A stretch of DNA of 60,346 nt from IMG/VR virus record IMGVR_UViG_3300045988_141393, one strand, 5' to 3'. The DNA comes from a virus. Its lineage: Duplodnaviria; Heunggongvirae; Uroviricota; Caudoviricetes. The notes under the pieces were generated by a model, which was not told the origin of the DNA, did no database searches, and saw only the letters and a program-made list of their open reading frames with translations. The translations under genes were made by a program, and so were the position numbers. Shown here piece after piece: positions 1 to 10,621 of this stretch (the first letter of the stretch is position 1; each line of letters opens with the position of its first letter).

Positions 1-193
1 CGCGTGGATGCCATTTATCGCACAAGATAGAGTGCATTTATCGCGCGGCGCATCATCATTTGTTGATATGCGAATGTATCCAATAAGCATATGTCTCCCT
101 TGTATGCTAAGGATACGATCCTAGAAGATGTCCTGTAAGGAAATAACAAACTGACTAAGTTAGTGGCGCATTAGATGTTATTTCTGGAGGGGT

Positions 194-520
194 ATGTTTG
201 CAGATTATGAAAATCTGGCTGTAGTAGTCATAACATCCCTACTAAGTGGAACCGGCGTATTCCTTCTCGGAGTTAGAGACGGGCGCATTTCTGCGTCCCT
301 GCTCAATCTTGCGAGTGAATTGTTTACTGCGGTAACAGCCGGGCTTGCGGGGTATGGGGTGGCGGTTAGCCAAGAATGGCCTGAAGGTATCATTTTCTGC
401 GTTGTTCTGATTGCCAGTAACAACGGTAGTGAAATTTTACAGGGCTTGAAGTCCAGAGCTAGTAACGTCTTGAATCTCTTAAGCGTAATAGCGAATGGGG
501 GAAAAGGTGGAGAGAAATAA
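194..520 (+). CDS. Small membrane protein, possible holin (LydA-like by size and position)
   Basis: 108 aa, hydrophobic segments; first gene of an operon whose order and sizes resemble the P1 lydA-lydB-darA region; synteny only. Confidence 0.3.
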   Translation: MFADYENLAVVVITSLLSGTGVFLLGVRDGRISASLLNLASELFTAVTAGLAGYGVAVSQEWPEGIIFCVVLIASNNGSEILQGLKSRASNVLNLLSVIANGGKGGEK

Positions 521-966
521 TGGGTAACTTTGGAAATTATTTCATTTTTATCATGGCATTTGTTGCCATCATTGACCGTTTCATTTTTCGTCGCAAGAGT
601 GTTGAGATTTTGAGTATTGGTGACGCTGTAGTGAAAGAATCTGCTATAGCATTTCCTGTTTCGCTACGTGTTAAGCGAAGCTGGGTCAGCAATGCTCAAA
701 TCGAATATTGGTTGCAAGACCTGAAAAATCCATCTGTGGTTATTTCAGGGAAAACGCGACCAGTTGACGCCTCAAAACGCGGTGAGAGAGAAGAGTATTT
801 GCTCATCGATACGAAATATCTTGAGCCAACGAAGTGGGATCTGAAAGTCACATTGACTAACGGTAACTGCCGACTGAATCCGCTTTATCGCATTTTCCCT
901 ATCAATGACTGCATAGAGCGCCAGTTTACGATCGAAAAGCGTAAAGGAGACTGGGATGTCAAATAA
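520..966 (+). CDS. Possible antiholin (LydB-like by size and position)
   Basis: 148 aa, start overlaps stop of upstream ORF; synteny only. Confidence 0.25.
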   Translation: MGNFGNYFIFIMAFVAIIDRFIFRRKSVEILSIGDAVVKESAIAFPVSLRVKRSWVSNAQIEYWLQDLKNPSVVISGKTRPVDASKRGEREEYLLIDTKYLEPTKWDLKVTLTNGNCRLNPLYRIFPINDCIERQFTIEKRKGDWDVK

Positions 967-1576
967 GAATAATTATGTTCTTCTTAATTATGATGAGTTA
1001 AACGAAAAGGGGCTGGCAAAACTCGTCAAAGAAATCAGCAAAGGTGGTTACAAGATAGCGAGGGTGATCCCTGCAAGTAATGGCAGGAAGAAAGATGGGA
1101 TCATGACGCGCACGTTTACCCTTATTGGTATTGATGAACAGACAATGGAAGTTCAGGTTAACGATACCGGTGATATATCTGGGATCAAACTGAATGGTAA
1201 AACAGTACCGTTCAAGCCAGTAAAAACAATGTCGGCTTTGGGGCAATCTCTTGCGGCTTTATTTAATCGCGGAGCAACTTCTTTCCAGAAGTCATTAGCT
1301 CGAAAACTTGCTCGTGCAGCAAAAAATATTGATGACGGAAATAAGAAGCGGCAGGGAGTTAAATCTAACGCTCAGAAATTAGCTGAAGCGAAAGAATCAC
1401 GTGATGCACTCCGTGAAGATATCGCTAATGCTAACGACAAACTGTCTAAACTCCAGAGCAAGTCAGACAAAGTAATACAAGATACGGGTAACGTTAAAGC
1501 TGCCTTGTCTCAGGAAGTAGCTAAGACACGTGCTCTTAAAGAAGAAATCGCGCGCCTGGAGGATGAGCATGATTAA
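956..1576 (+). CDS. Coiled-coil protein, Hdf-like position upstream of DarA-like gene
   Basis: 206 aa, K/E/A-rich coiled-coil C-terminus; synteny only. Confidence 0.3.
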   Translation: MSNKNNYVLLNYDELNEKGLAKLVKEISKGGYKIARVIPASNGRKKDGIMTRTFTLIGIDEQTMEVQVNDTGDISGIKLNGKTVPFKPVKTMSALGQSLAALFNRGATSFQKSLARKLARAAKNIDDGNKKRQGVKSNAQKLAEAKESRDALREDIANANDKLSKLQSKSDKVIQDTGNVKAALSQEVAKTRALKEEIARLEDEHD

Positions 1577-3506
1577 CAATCCTTTACGAATTAATATTCA
1601 GTCTACTTTTGCTGATACGATCCCCGGCTATGTGCCAAGTCGCTGGTCTTCAGAAGAATTAAGCGAAGATGACCTGATTTTTGAGGCGGCGACCTTAGAA
1701 GATATTGAGCTTGCCTATATGGGCAATGAAATACTGGTTGTGTCTGACGAAGCTATGTTTGAGTCCATAACTACAACCAGAATTCGGTTAGCTCAAACAA
1801 TGCGAGCTTTCGTCCGTGCGCTGAATCGTGGCCTGAATGGTACGAATATTATGGCAGGGACTGATGAAGCCGGGACCGATGAAAATGGACGTAATTGTAT
1901 TGGTGGTGCGATTATCGGTCGTGTGCGTCGGGTAGCTAATATCCCTGTTTTGACCGCGCAGATACCGCTTACTGACGGGCAGAGTACAAGCATAATTTTC
2001 CACTCTCCAACAGCTGACGGGGCAAAAATAAAGAGTAACGACGAGCTTGTTGCATTTCAGTTTTTACTTAATAAGCGTAACGTAACTCACGTTGTCGCCC
2101 CGATTGGTGGGAGAGATGTTTCTTTAAGCCAGGTATGCCAGGCGCTATCTAATTTGATTGAGCGTAACAGCGAAAAATTTAAGAAAGCAAAAGAGCGCCA
2201 GGACAAAATGAAGGCAGATATTGAGAGTTATCTCAATGAAGCAGATAAACTGGCAGAAGAACGGTCAATAATGATTGATCAGGTGGACGTTGCGCAACGT
2301 GGGCTGACTGAAAAGCGTGCTGCTCTTACGGAGATGCAAAAAAAACTTGATGCCCAGAAAGCTATCAATGAGGAGTTACAAGCAAAACGCGATAAATTGT
2401 TGTCTTCTAAAGGAGAAAAAACGAAAGAACGAGCGTTTAGTGACCAGCTGCGACATGTAAAACATAATCTTGCCATTGACGGAAAAACAGTGCTGGATAA
2501 TGGCGCTGAAGTTAATTATGTCACGTCCGGCAGTGACAATTTCGTTACGATAGTAGCACCTGAAGGTAAATTCAGTATTGATGCCAGTGCTGTCAAAGGA
2601 GGCAGTTTGGCAGATGCTGCAACCAAATTACTTAAAGCCTACCGAGAGCATAACGCAGAAAAATATAAAGTTGATTTGTTACCAGGCCAGCTGGAAGACT
2701 CCGAACCACCACAGACGGACCCCGAAACAAACCCAGTATCACAACCAGAGAGCCAAGATGTAGGTAAATACCACTATGCACTTCAATCTCGCCCGGCTGG
2801 TGTTGGTGCTGTTCCGGATGGAAATAAAGCCGTGCTTGATCGTCCTGACCAGGCTGATCAGTATTACGAATATGCTCGTCACGGTATCATTACGTATGAC
2901 CGTAAACTGACAGATGAAGAAGTCAGCCAGTACGAGTTGCTTTATCTTCCTGATGAAGATGAGCTGAAAGATTTTGCAGGCCAATTGGTTGCGTCCAGCA
3001 TGTCGAAACATATTGATGGCTATGTGGACCTGTTTGGCAGTGACCTGAAAACATTCAAGGCGCAAGTGAAAATTCTTTTCCGCAAAGCGTTTCCAAACGT
3101 GGCGTATCCACTTAGTGATGGGGAGAACCTTTTCATTATGGACGTGTATAACGCCCTTCAAAATCATTCAAGCGAAGTAAAAACAGAGAATGTGGTTGAG
3201 CCAGAATCACAACCACAACCACAACCACAACCAGCACCAGAACAGGAGTCGGAGCCAGAAGAAGCGGGTGAATCAGCAAGTGAAGCTGATCAGGAAGCAG
3301 ATAAAGCGCTGGAGTACCTGAAATCCGTGCCGGAGCAGTTTACATCCCGCGATCTGACGGTCATCAGTGCTGAACTTGATCATGTGCAGGAAGCAGCAAA
3401 CGCTCTAATCAGTGCAGGTCGATACGACGAGAACGAAGCCACTGTGGGTGCAGCAGTTGACTACCTGATCAATATTCTGGCTGAAATTCAGCAGGGAGGT
3501 GTTTAA
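1563..3506 (+). CDS. DarA-like internal head/antirestriction protein (putative)
   Basis: About 647 aa from ATG 1563 preceded by GGAGG; coiled-coil centre, in-frame (QP)n linker, acidic C-terminus; size and operon position match P1 DarA; not verified by alignment. Confidence 0.35.
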   Translation: MSMINNPLRINIQSTFADTIPGYVPSRWSSEELSEDDLIFEAATLEDIELAYMGNEILVVSDEAMFESITTTRIRLAQTMRAFVRALNRGLNGTNIMAGTDEAGTDENGRNCIGGAIIGRVRRVANIPVLTAQIPLTDGQSTSIIFHSPTADGAKIKSNDELVAFQFLLNKRNVTHVVAPIGGRDVSLSQVCQALSNLIERNSEKFKKAKERQDKMKADIESYLNEADKLAEERSIMIDQVDVAQRGLTEKRAALTEMQKKLDAQKAINEELQAKRDKLLSSKGEKTKERAFSDQLRHVKHNLAIDGKTVLDNGAEVNYVTSGSDNFVTIVAPEGKFSIDASAVKGGSLADAATKLLKAYREHNAEKYKVDLLPGQLEDSEPPQTDPETNPVSQPESQDVGKYHYALQSRPAGVGAVPDGNKAVLDRPDQADQYYEYARHGIITYDRKLTDEEVSQYELLYLPDEDELKDFAGQLVASSMSKHIDGYVDLFGSDLKTFKAQVKILFRKAFPNVAYPLSDGENLFIMDVYNALQNHSSEVKTENVVEPESQPQPQPQPAPEQESEPEEAGESASEADQEADKALEYLKSVPEQFTSRDLTVISAELDHVQEAANALISAGRYDENEATVGAAVDYLINILAEIQQGGV

Positions 3507-3874
3507 TGACCATCTCTGTTTTAGACCGCCTGAAATTAGGTAAAGAGCTATCAGATCTAATGCAGGCGCAGAAAACTGCGCCAGTATTGCAACGCGTCAC
3601 CATTGGTAAGCAGATTGTTGATGTGATGCTGAAATTGGGCCTGGGGACTGCCGCGCAACCGGCAGCGGAACCGCAACAACAGGCTGATCCTGTTGTAGAT
3701 GAAGTCCCTAAGATAGTGACTGACTTCCTGGGCGGTGTGTTCACAAAGTCCACACAAATGGAATTTATTGATGCGCTGCGTGGGATCTCAAACTATGTTG
3801 GCGAGTTCCTTACGTTGGAGCAGGCTAAAGAGCAGACCATAAGCTGGGTGAAAGCTAACGGTTATGCCGGGTAA
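3506..3874 (+). CDS. Small protein, DdrA-like position
   Basis: 122 aa, ATGA-type overlap with upstream stop; followed by hairpin. Confidence 0.3.
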   Translation: MTISVLDRLKLGKELSDLMQAQKTAPVLQRVTIGKQIVDVMLKLGLGTAAQPAAEPQQQADPVVDEVPKIVTDFLGGVFTKSTQMEFIDALRGISNYVGEFLTLEQAKEQTISWVKANGYAG

Positions 3875-3876
3875 TC

Positions 3877-3903
3877 AAAAGGGGCTGAAATGCCCCTTTC
3901 ACT
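3877..3903 (+). terminator. Hairpin terminator-like element
   Basis: AAAAGGGGC-tgaaat-GCCCCTTT stem-loop directly after CDS end. Confidence 0.35.
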
Positions 3904-3956
3904 TATCTGTTCTCACATAAATCACACACTTTTTACACTCACAGCTTTCTCTATAG

Positions 3957-5354
3957 TTGGAGTGTATTTTGAACAAATCAGTTACTTCTGCGCTTTCCGA
4001 GGCCGCAGATATTAACAGCGTCATTGCTCTGGTTTCTTCATTAGAGAGGAAAGAAACACGCCTGGGGCGAAGTAGCTACGTAGTCACCAGCAAAGGTGCA
4101 GAGGTAAAGACGGCTTTTAAGGTCGTTGACGCCAGCAGTCTGATCATTTCGAACAACCTTGACGGTGCGATTAACCCGGCCTTCCCGGAAGAACTCCAAC
4201 CACGAGATCGTACCCGGCTATCCAGCAAACTCCAGGTTAACCGTATTGCCTCCAATTTACGCCCGGCACAATTAACGGATTCCGGTATGAGCAGCCACGG
4301 AGCGCCTATAGTTGGTCCGGACAACGTTGTTGAATCCGGCAACGGAAGGAGTATGGGTATCTGGCGTGCCTATGAGCAAGGACAGGCGGATGAGTATCGC
4401 CAGTACCTGATCGACCATGCGAAAGAGTTTGGTCTGAATCCTGACGAAATTTCGCAAATGTCTATGCCCGTACTGGTGCGAGAAAGACTCACAGATGTAG
4501 ACCGCGCTCAATTTGCCCGCGATTCAAACATTAGTGATCTGCAAGAGATGGCAGCAAGTGAAAAAGCGTATGCGGATGCGCAATTTCTCACTGAGAGCGT
4601 CATGGCGCTATTTAATCCTTCAGATGATGGAAATCTGCTGGCGCGGTCCAATGATGCGTTTATTCGTGCGTTTTTGCGCGAAATTGGCGATACAGCGATG
4701 GCAGGCTTGCTTACTGCCGATGGGCGTCCCACGAAACAGCTTATCGATCGCATCCAGAATGCAATTTTTGCCAAAGCGTACAAGGATGAAAGGCTTGTTC
4801 GGCTGGTGTCGGAAGAGCCAGATCCGGAAATGCGTAATATCCTGACCGCATTAAATACGGCAGCCAGCGATTTTGCGCAAATGCAGTCGCTGTCTGGCGA
4901 CGCTCACCATGACGCAGTAACAGGCTTAGTGGACGGTATAGAGCAGGTTAATGGCCTGGATACACAGGCGATAGCAGCACTCCAGGAAGCAATTAATCTT
5001 GTTCGTGAAGCCAAAGACAACGGTCAGGCCGTTGAAGAAGTGATCGCCCAAAGGGGGTTATTCGGCGACAGTACACCGGAAGCTGAGGCATTGGCGCTAT
5101 TCATCGTAGCAAATAATCGCAGTGCGAAGCGTATGGGGGCAGCATTCAAAAAAATGGCGCAAAAAATCAACGACGAGCTGACTCATAAACAACAGGCATT
5201 GGGCGATATGTTCGGCGGTGGCGATGTTGATCTGCGTCGTATTTTGTCTGCTGTATCTGATGAAATTGAGGGTGAATTTGGCGAAGGGAAAGGTCTGAAC
5301 TTTGCTATGTTTGAAAATTCTACAGATCTAAATAATTGCCGTACGGAAAACTAA
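3957..5354 (+). CDS. Hypothetical protein (465 aa; start may be TTG 3969)
   Basis: Long ORF, uniform coding character, GGAG upstream of 3969. Confidence 0.35.
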   Translation: MECILNKSVTSALSEAADINSVIALVSSLERKETRLGRSSYVVTSKGAEVKTAFKVVDASSLIISNNLDGAINPAFPEELQPRDRTRLSSKLQVNRIASNLRPAQLTDSGMSSHGAPIVGPDNVVESGNGRSMGIWRAYEQGQADEYRQYLIDHAKEFGLNPDEISQMSMPVLVRERLTDVDRAQFARDSNISDLQEMAASEKAYADAQFLTESVMALFNPSDDGNLLARSNDAFIRAFLREIGDTAMAGLLTADGRPTKQLIDRIQNAIFAKAYKDERLVRLVSEEPDPEMRNILTALNTAASDFAQMQSLSGDAHHDAVTGLVDGIEQVNGLDTQAIAALQEAINLVREAKDNGQAVEEVIAQRGLFGDSTPEAEALALFIVANNRSAKRMGAAFKKMAQKINDELTHKQQALGDMFGGGDVDLRRILSAVSDEIEGEFGEGKGLNFAMFENSTDLNNCRTEN

Positions 5355-5418
5355 ACCAACCGCTGAAATCACATACTGATTATGCTGCCGCAAAACTGGA
5401 AACAATTTGCGGTGATTC

Positions 5419-7101
5419 ATGGCAACGAAAGACAAAAACAAAGGCTTTCTGTCAGCATTGAAGAAAGCCTTCAACGGTGGTGATGTTACGCCCGCCGATC
5501 CGGTCGTTTTTACGAGCGGGCATAGTGTCGTTGCTCGTTCCGGCCTGTCTGCTTTACGCCCAGGTATACTGGGGAGCAACAGCGATGGCATGACGAGTGC
5601 AGCAGATTCAATTTCTTTATCCTCTGAACTGCCCGGCGAGCGCCTGCAAAAGTACAACATCCTGGAAACGATGGCTAAAAGCCCGACTATCTCGACGGCT
5701 TTAAATATTCACATTGCACATGCGCTTGCGCCTTCAAAAAAAACCGGACAAGCATTCATCCTTTCGCCAAAGGATGGTTCCGATGCTGAGGCAGTAAGTA
5801 GATGTGAAGAGTTAACTGCTGATTTGGGGGCGATGATTAATGACGGACTTCCTTCATGGGCCATGATTATGGCGATCTTTGGGGTGTCTTATGTCCGCCC
5901 TTATGCTGAACAGGGCAGGGGGATAACAGGCATTGAGTCCAGTTATTACACTCTGCCACACTTCGTCCAGGAGTTTTATCGTGGTAGCCAGCTGGTAGGT
6001 TTCAGTGGTGATTACATCCTGGATACGCATAGTTTGCGCAGAGTAATAACCGAACCGTGGAATCTGGTTTCCATGAAAAATCCCTATTGGACGCCGCAGC
6101 ATAAAGTTATTCCGGTCAGCTACGGCACAAAAGGGTACTCACTGTTAAGTGAGCAGGCTGATAAGCCGTTAATGGAGACGCAGAATTACGGAACTTCATT
6201 CCTTGAATACAGCTATGAACCTTACCTGAATTTATGTGCTGCGCTCGCCGCGCTGAAATCAACGCGAAATAATGCAGCCAAAATTGACCGCCTGATTGCT
6301 CTTACGACGAACACACTGGACCCGGTTAATGCGGCGAACTATACGCGTGGCGTCAGCCAGGCATTGAAGCGACATAGTGACCTGGTGGCGCAAAGGTCGA
6401 TTAATGCCAACGCTATTCCGACGGTGCTTAACCACCTGATACCTGTTATGGGAGACGGGAAGAACGGTATCACTATTGATACGCAATCCATACCCGCAGA
6501 TATCAGTGGTATCGAAGACGTTATGTTTCACCTCCGGCAGCTTGCTGCAAGCCTAGGCATTGACGCAACAATGCTTGGCTGGGCTGATCAGATGAGTGGT
6601 GGACTTGGGGAAGGCGGTTGGCAGCAAACAGCTATCCAGGCCGCATTACGTGCGAACTGGATCAGACAGGCCGCGCAGCGAACTATTTATCGGCTTCATG
6701 ATATTCACCTCGCTTATAAATACGGGAAGGTTTACACCGAAAAAAACCGTCCTTATGACGTGCAATTCAACTCAATGAACACTGCTATCCAGGAAGAGGA
6801 AAACCGGGAACTGGATGCACGCGCCAACTTTGTTGCTGTCATCTCCCAAATTATGGACCAGATCCAGAACAACCCGAAACTGGCTGGTAGTGACGCGTTT
6901 ATGCGTTATCTGTTCACCGAGCAGTTGCACATCGACGATGACACTCTCAACACCATGATCAAAGAGTTTAAGGCGAATGAATCAGAGCAAAACAACGAGC
7001 ATGGTATGTACGAATCCGCGCCGTTGTCGTCCGGTGACGATCCGGAAAACTGGACGCCAGAACAGTTAATAAACTTTGCAAAATTTGTGATGAGCAATTA
7101 A
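5419..7101 (+). CDS. Hypothetical protein, possible portal (Prt-like position)
   Basis: 560 aa ORF after the Dar-like operon; portal assignment is by size and synteny with P1 only. Confidence 0.3.
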   Translation: MATKDKNKGFLSALKKAFNGGDVTPADPVVFTSGHSVVARSGLSALRPGILGSNSDGMTSAADSISLSSELPGERLQKYNILETMAKSPTISTALNIHIAHALAPSKKTGQAFILSPKDGSDAEAVSRCEELTADLGAMINDGLPSWAMIMAIFGVSYVRPYAEQGRGITGIESSYYTLPHFVQEFYRGSQLVGFSGDYILDTHSLRRVITEPWNLVSMKNPYWTPQHKVIPVSYGTKGYSLLSEQADKPLMETQNYGTSFLEYSYEPYLNLCAALAALKSTRNNAAKIDRLIALTTNTLDPVNAANYTRGVSQALKRHSDLVAQRSINANAIPTVLNHLIPVMGDGKNGITIDTQSIPADISGIEDVMFHLRQLAASLGIDATMLGWADQMSGGLGEGGWQQTAIQAALRANWIRQAAQRTIYRLHDIHLAYKYGKVYTEKNRPYDVQFNSMNTAIQEEENRELDARANFVAVISQIMDQIQNNPKLAGSDAFMRYLFTEQLHIDDDTLNTMIKEFKANESEQNNEHGMYESAPLSSGDDPENWTPEQLINFAKFVMSN

Positions 7102-7114
7102 CCGGAGGGAAATA

Positions 7115-8113
7115 ATGCAATCACTGAATACTGTTACGGATCGCTTCTCCCTGGTAGAGAAAATCCGCAAACACACACCGCAGAACAACCGAAATTATGT
7201 CATTCAGTCGGTACGAGACACATTCAACTCGCCAGAAACAAAAGAGCGTATCGCGCTGGGTGAGATGTATGGTTATTACGGTCATGGTCGCCGGGCGATG
7301 CACTATAACAAAACGAAAAGCCTGAACTTGCCGGAAGTCTCTGTTGTGATGGTAGATGGGAAGCCTGTTGTATTGGAGAACGTGCCGTCAAACAGGACTA
7401 TCGACATTTCGATTGACGACAACGGCATTGTTACGCATACGCAGGAAATACTGGATACAGACACCGGGCGTATTGTTCAGGGCATGATTAATTCTGGTGC
7501 TGGTGGTTGGTCGTGGGCTACATCTGGTCCAGATTCATCGGTATCCCTGGTAAAGTCTTTCCACGGCTTTGATTACGTAACTGTGCCTAACTATATCAGC
7601 CTCGACAAGAAAAGCCTGATGCTTGAATCAGCAGAAGAGCGCGATGCGGCTATTCATGCAGCACTTATCGAACAAGGTTTTACCGATAACGCTGCTACGG
7701 ATCTGGTTCACCACTTTTCAGCAATGAAAAATCAGCAAGCCATGCTCGAATCTGCACATCGTGAAGCCCTGGAATCAGAATTGATGCTCCTTGAAGTGGA
7801 AAACATACAGCTTCGAGATAAGCTGCGCGCTCAAACAGCGATGATGGAAAGCCAGGGGGAAAATGCAAAGCAATGCCGCCGGATTTTGCGTGACGCTATC
7901 CAGGAAATGCCTGTTTTTATCAGCGCAGAACAGCGCCGGGCGCTCTGCCGTATGCAGTCTGAAGATGATGCCCGCATAGTGGCTGCGATGCTTGAATCTC
8001 TTGGGGCAAATGCTACTTATGGCTTACCGGTATCAGGCAAGAAAGAACCAGAGTTATCACCGAAGGAGAACAAAAACACCACCCCGTTACTCTTCGTTTC
8101 TAGAAGGGGGTAA
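7115..8113 (+). CDS. Hypothetical protein, possible head-processing protease (Pro-like position)
   Basis: 332 aa ORF immediately after the putative portal; synteny only. Confidence 0.28.
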   Translation: MQSLNTVTDRFSLVEKIRKHTPQNNRNYVIQSVRDTFNSPETKERIALGEMYGYYGHGRRAMHYNKTKSLNLPEVSVVMVDGKPVVLENVPSNRTIDISIDDNGIVTHTQEILDTDTGRIVQGMINSGAGGWSWATSGPDSSVSLVKSFHGFDYVTVPNYISLDKKSLMLESAEERDAAIHAALIEQGFTDNAATDLVHHFSAMKNQQAMLESAHREALESELMLLEVENIQLRDKLRAQTAMMESQGENAKQCRRILRDAIQEMPVFISAEQRRALCRMQSEDDARIVAAMLESLGANATYGLPVSGKKEPELSPKENKNTTPLLFVSRRG

Positions 8114-8226
8114 CCGCCTTGTTAAGTTAAATTTCTAACATAGTGTATTTATATACACTGTTGATCCTGGTGGATGGGATCGAGTAGGATCGCGGTCACT
8201 GCTCCGGTAGCGACTGCCAAAAAAGC

Positions 8227-8253
8227 AAAAGCCGCTGAGAAGCGGCTTTTTGG
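8227..8253 (+). terminator. Rho-independent terminator
   Basis: AAGCCGCT-gaga-AGCGGCTT followed by TTTT. Confidence 0.5.
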
Positions 8254-8313
8254 GTGTATAAATCCACTGCCATAGATTTATACGGTAGATAGATTTTTTC
8301 ACGGAACTATCTG

Positions 8314-9276
8314 GTGAGTATTTTAAATTCAGTTTCAGTAACTTTCAACACTTCTGAGTATAAAAACAACACTGAATACCACAAAAAAATCAAAGGTCAT
8401 CAGTTGAGTTTTTTTGCTCGTCATAGCGGTCTTCTTTCCCCTTCACATAGCGCCATTATTGCCGAGTTCGCCAACCTGGCAGGGTCTACCGATGAATACA
8501 TGATCCGTCGCTCATATGCTGATATGTCCGAGATTACAGGACGCAGCATTTCTACTGTGCGCCGGGCATTTGCTGAAGCGACGAAGTGCGGAATGCTTGT
8601 TAAGCAACATCAGGTAGCGAATAACAATGCCCAGGTGTGTAACGTATATCGGTTTACGACACAATTTCTCCACTTCATTCATGTAGCAATGGAGATAGGG
8701 GGTAAGCAGGGCATCAAATTTGCCAACGCCACAAAGCTGGTTAAGCAGTTGATTTCAAAGGTTCGTTATTTTTTTGAAACTGGGAACCCCCTGTTCAAAT
8801 TGAACAAGTCCCCCCATGTTCAAAATGAACAGCCAATAGAAAATAAGAGTCACTCTATAGCCAAAAGAAGAGAAAGATCATGCGCGGTTCAGCCAAAGGC
8901 TTCACCAGCAAATAGTTCTCAAGCGGATAATGGGGGGCTGGATAAAAAACCAGTAATCAGGGAAGAACATACCAACCACTGCCTGGCGGCGGCAAAAGCG
9001 AGAGCTGCAAAGCGTCGTTCAGACGAGGGGCACGCAAAACGGCAGGCTCTGTATCGTACCGCTGAAAAGCTGGCAAAAAAATTTGCATGGATACGTAGTG
9101 CCGCTACCGCAGTGAATAAGCCTAAACAATCCAGTGCCCTGGATTTCTCAATGGATTATTCTGGCTCCCAGGGGTGTGCAACCATTGGTGAAGCCTTTGA
9201 CCTGATGAAACAGCGTGGCTATCGGTCTGAATTTGACCGTGAGGATTGGTCAATCCCGGCGGGCTTTAGGGGGTGA
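8314..9276 (+). CDS. Helix-turn-helix protein, possible replication or regulatory protein
   Basis: 320 aa; HTH-like segment TGRSISTVRRAFAEATKCGML; basic C-terminus. Confidence 0.35.
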   Translation: MSILNSVSVTFNTSEYKNNTEYHKKIKGHQLSFFARHSGLLSPSHSAIIAEFANLAGSTDEYMIRRSYADMSEITGRSISTVRRAFAEATKCGMLVKQHQVANNNAQVCNVYRFTTQFLHFIHVAMEIGGKQGIKFANATKLVKQLISKVRYFFETGNPLFKLNKSPHVQNEQPIENKSHSIAKRRERSCAVQPKASPANSSQADNGGLDKKPVIREEHTNHCLAAAKARAAKRRSDEGHAKRQALYRTAEKLAKKFAWIRSAATAVNKPKQSSALDFSMDYSGSQGCATIGEAFDLMKQRGYRSEFDREDWSIPAGFRG

Positions 9277-9330
9277 CCTGTGTGTCTACAAAACATCCCA
9301 ATGATCGGAAAATGCTCGTTCGATAATTTG

Positions 9331-9360
9331 TGTTAGAAAATTAATTTGCTGTTTCTAAAT
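9331..9360. promoter_or_regulatory. Inverted pair of the recurrent TGTTAGAAA / TTTCTAAA motif (candidate repressor operator) upstream of the first Icd/Ant module
   Basis: tgttagaaaa (9331..9340) and gtttctaaat (9351..9360) in inverted orientation. Confidence 0.4.
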
Positions 9361-9559
9361 CGGAATGTATGATCTGCATCATCGACTGAAGTCATCCATT
9401 GCTGAAATTTTTAGTTGATCTTCCATGTTTTCAGGCTTATATTCATGCCGTCGTAGCAAATTCTGCGACCAGGTTTGACAGCCTGAATGTTAGTGCGGAC
9501 AACCGCAGATTTCCGATATTGCGGTATTTTTGTGTCCGTAAACCGCGTTACGCCCGAAT

Positions 9560-9689
9560 TATGGTGGGGCGTGATGGGGAGGCTTCGGCCTGCTGGTTTC
9601 ACTAACGCCAGTCTGTCAACCCTGTCACGTCCTGCCACCTGTTTGACAGCGGGTAGCAGGTTGTTAAACCTGTTAGTGAGGCCGTAACT
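9560..9689 (+). ncRNA. Candidate c4-like antisense RNA / structured leader of Icd-Ant module 1
   Basis: Non-coding stretch directly upstream of icd-like ORF with hairpin CAGGTT-gtta-AACCTG, palindrome CTGTTTGACAG and complementary segments CACTAAC / GTTAGTG on the same strand. Confidence 0.3.
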
Positions 9690-9914
9690 ATGGTTAATGC
9701 CAATCCTTGCTCACGTCCTGAATTCATCTGGCGTTTCCACTCCCTGCAAAAACACTGCGATCACTTCGCAATTGCCGCAACCGAAAAAGAAGCCCGTTCT
9801 CTGATCCCTGATCAGCATGGTGTTCTTACTGGTCGTTTCTCTACTTCCCCACAACCAAACACTAATCCCTGGTATCGCAATATTACCAATCCCGGCATTG
9901 CGGAGGCACACTGA
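9690..9914 (+). CDS. icd: Icd-like protein (cell division inhibitor family), copy 1
   Basis: 74 aa; motif EFIWRFHS...AAT-EKEARSL; stop overlaps ATG of downstream Ant-like gene; paralogue at 47297..47512. Confidence 0.5.
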   Translation: MVNANPCSRPEFIWRFHSLQKHCDHFAIAATEKEARSLIPDQHGVLTGRFSTSPQPNTNPWYRNITNPGIAEAH

Positions 9915-10621
9915 TGGATATCTGCATTCTTGAAAAGCCATCAATGACCAGCATTGAGATCGCGGAGCTGGTGGGAAAACGTCATGACAATGTGAAGCGT
10001 ACCATTGAAACATTAGCCGAATCCGGCGTTATTGTTCGTCCTCAAATTGAGGATGAACCAAAAATAGATGTAATGGGGCGTTCTCGATTAATTCAGGTGT
10101 TCCGATTTAGCGACGAGCAAGGCAAACGAGACAGTATCATTGTCGTTGCGCAGCTCTCTCCGGAATTCACCGCCCGGCTGGTGGACCGCTGGCGCGAACT
10201 GGAAGAACAAGTACGCCAGCCGTTGACCGAAATAGAGATGATCGCCGCAATGGCTGCAAATGCAGTTCAGCAGCAAAAGCGGCTTCATGCTGTTGAGTCA
10301 AAGGTTAGCCAGGTCGCTGAAACCGTCGAGCAAATCAAGAAGGGCAATATGCCAGATGGTTACATTGGCTACCGCCAGCTGGCGGCGAAATGCGGCCTGA
10401 CTGAAGCCAAATGTCGCAACCTTGTCAACGCTTACCGGATTCCCACCGATACACATGAGTTTTTAACTCCAGAGGGGGTATTGTCGCGTCGTTCCATCGT
10501 GGCCTTATCTCCCTTCATGAATGCTTTTAACCGGATGATGTCGGAGGCTGAACACCGAGGAAAACGCTGGTATCACCCCAAAATGGGGCAATTCCAGGTG
10601 ATCGGTTGGGGAGGTGAGTGA
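9914..10621 (+). CDS. ant: Antirepressor (Ant / Rha-KilAC type), copy 1
   Basis: 235 aa; N-terminus MTSIEIAELVGKRHDNVKRTIETL; C-terminal block shared nearly verbatim with 47512..48453. Confidence 0.55.
   Translation: MDICILEKPSMTSIEIAELVGKRHDNVKRTIETLAESGVIVRPQIEDEPKIDVMGRSRLIQVFRFSDEQGKRDSIIVVAQLSPEFTARLVDRWRELEEQVRQPLTEIEMIAAMAANAVQQQKRLHAVESKVSQVAETVEQIKKGNMPDGYIGYRQLAAKCGLTEAKCRNLVNAYRIPTDTHEFLTPEGVLSRRSIVALSPFMNAFNRMMSEAEHRGKRWYHPKMGQFQVIGWGGE

Noticed and set aside
9399-9687. Three overlapping short ORFs in the leader of the first Icd/Ant module
   Set aside because: Mutually overlapping on both strands in a hairpin-rich leader; better explained as structured RNA
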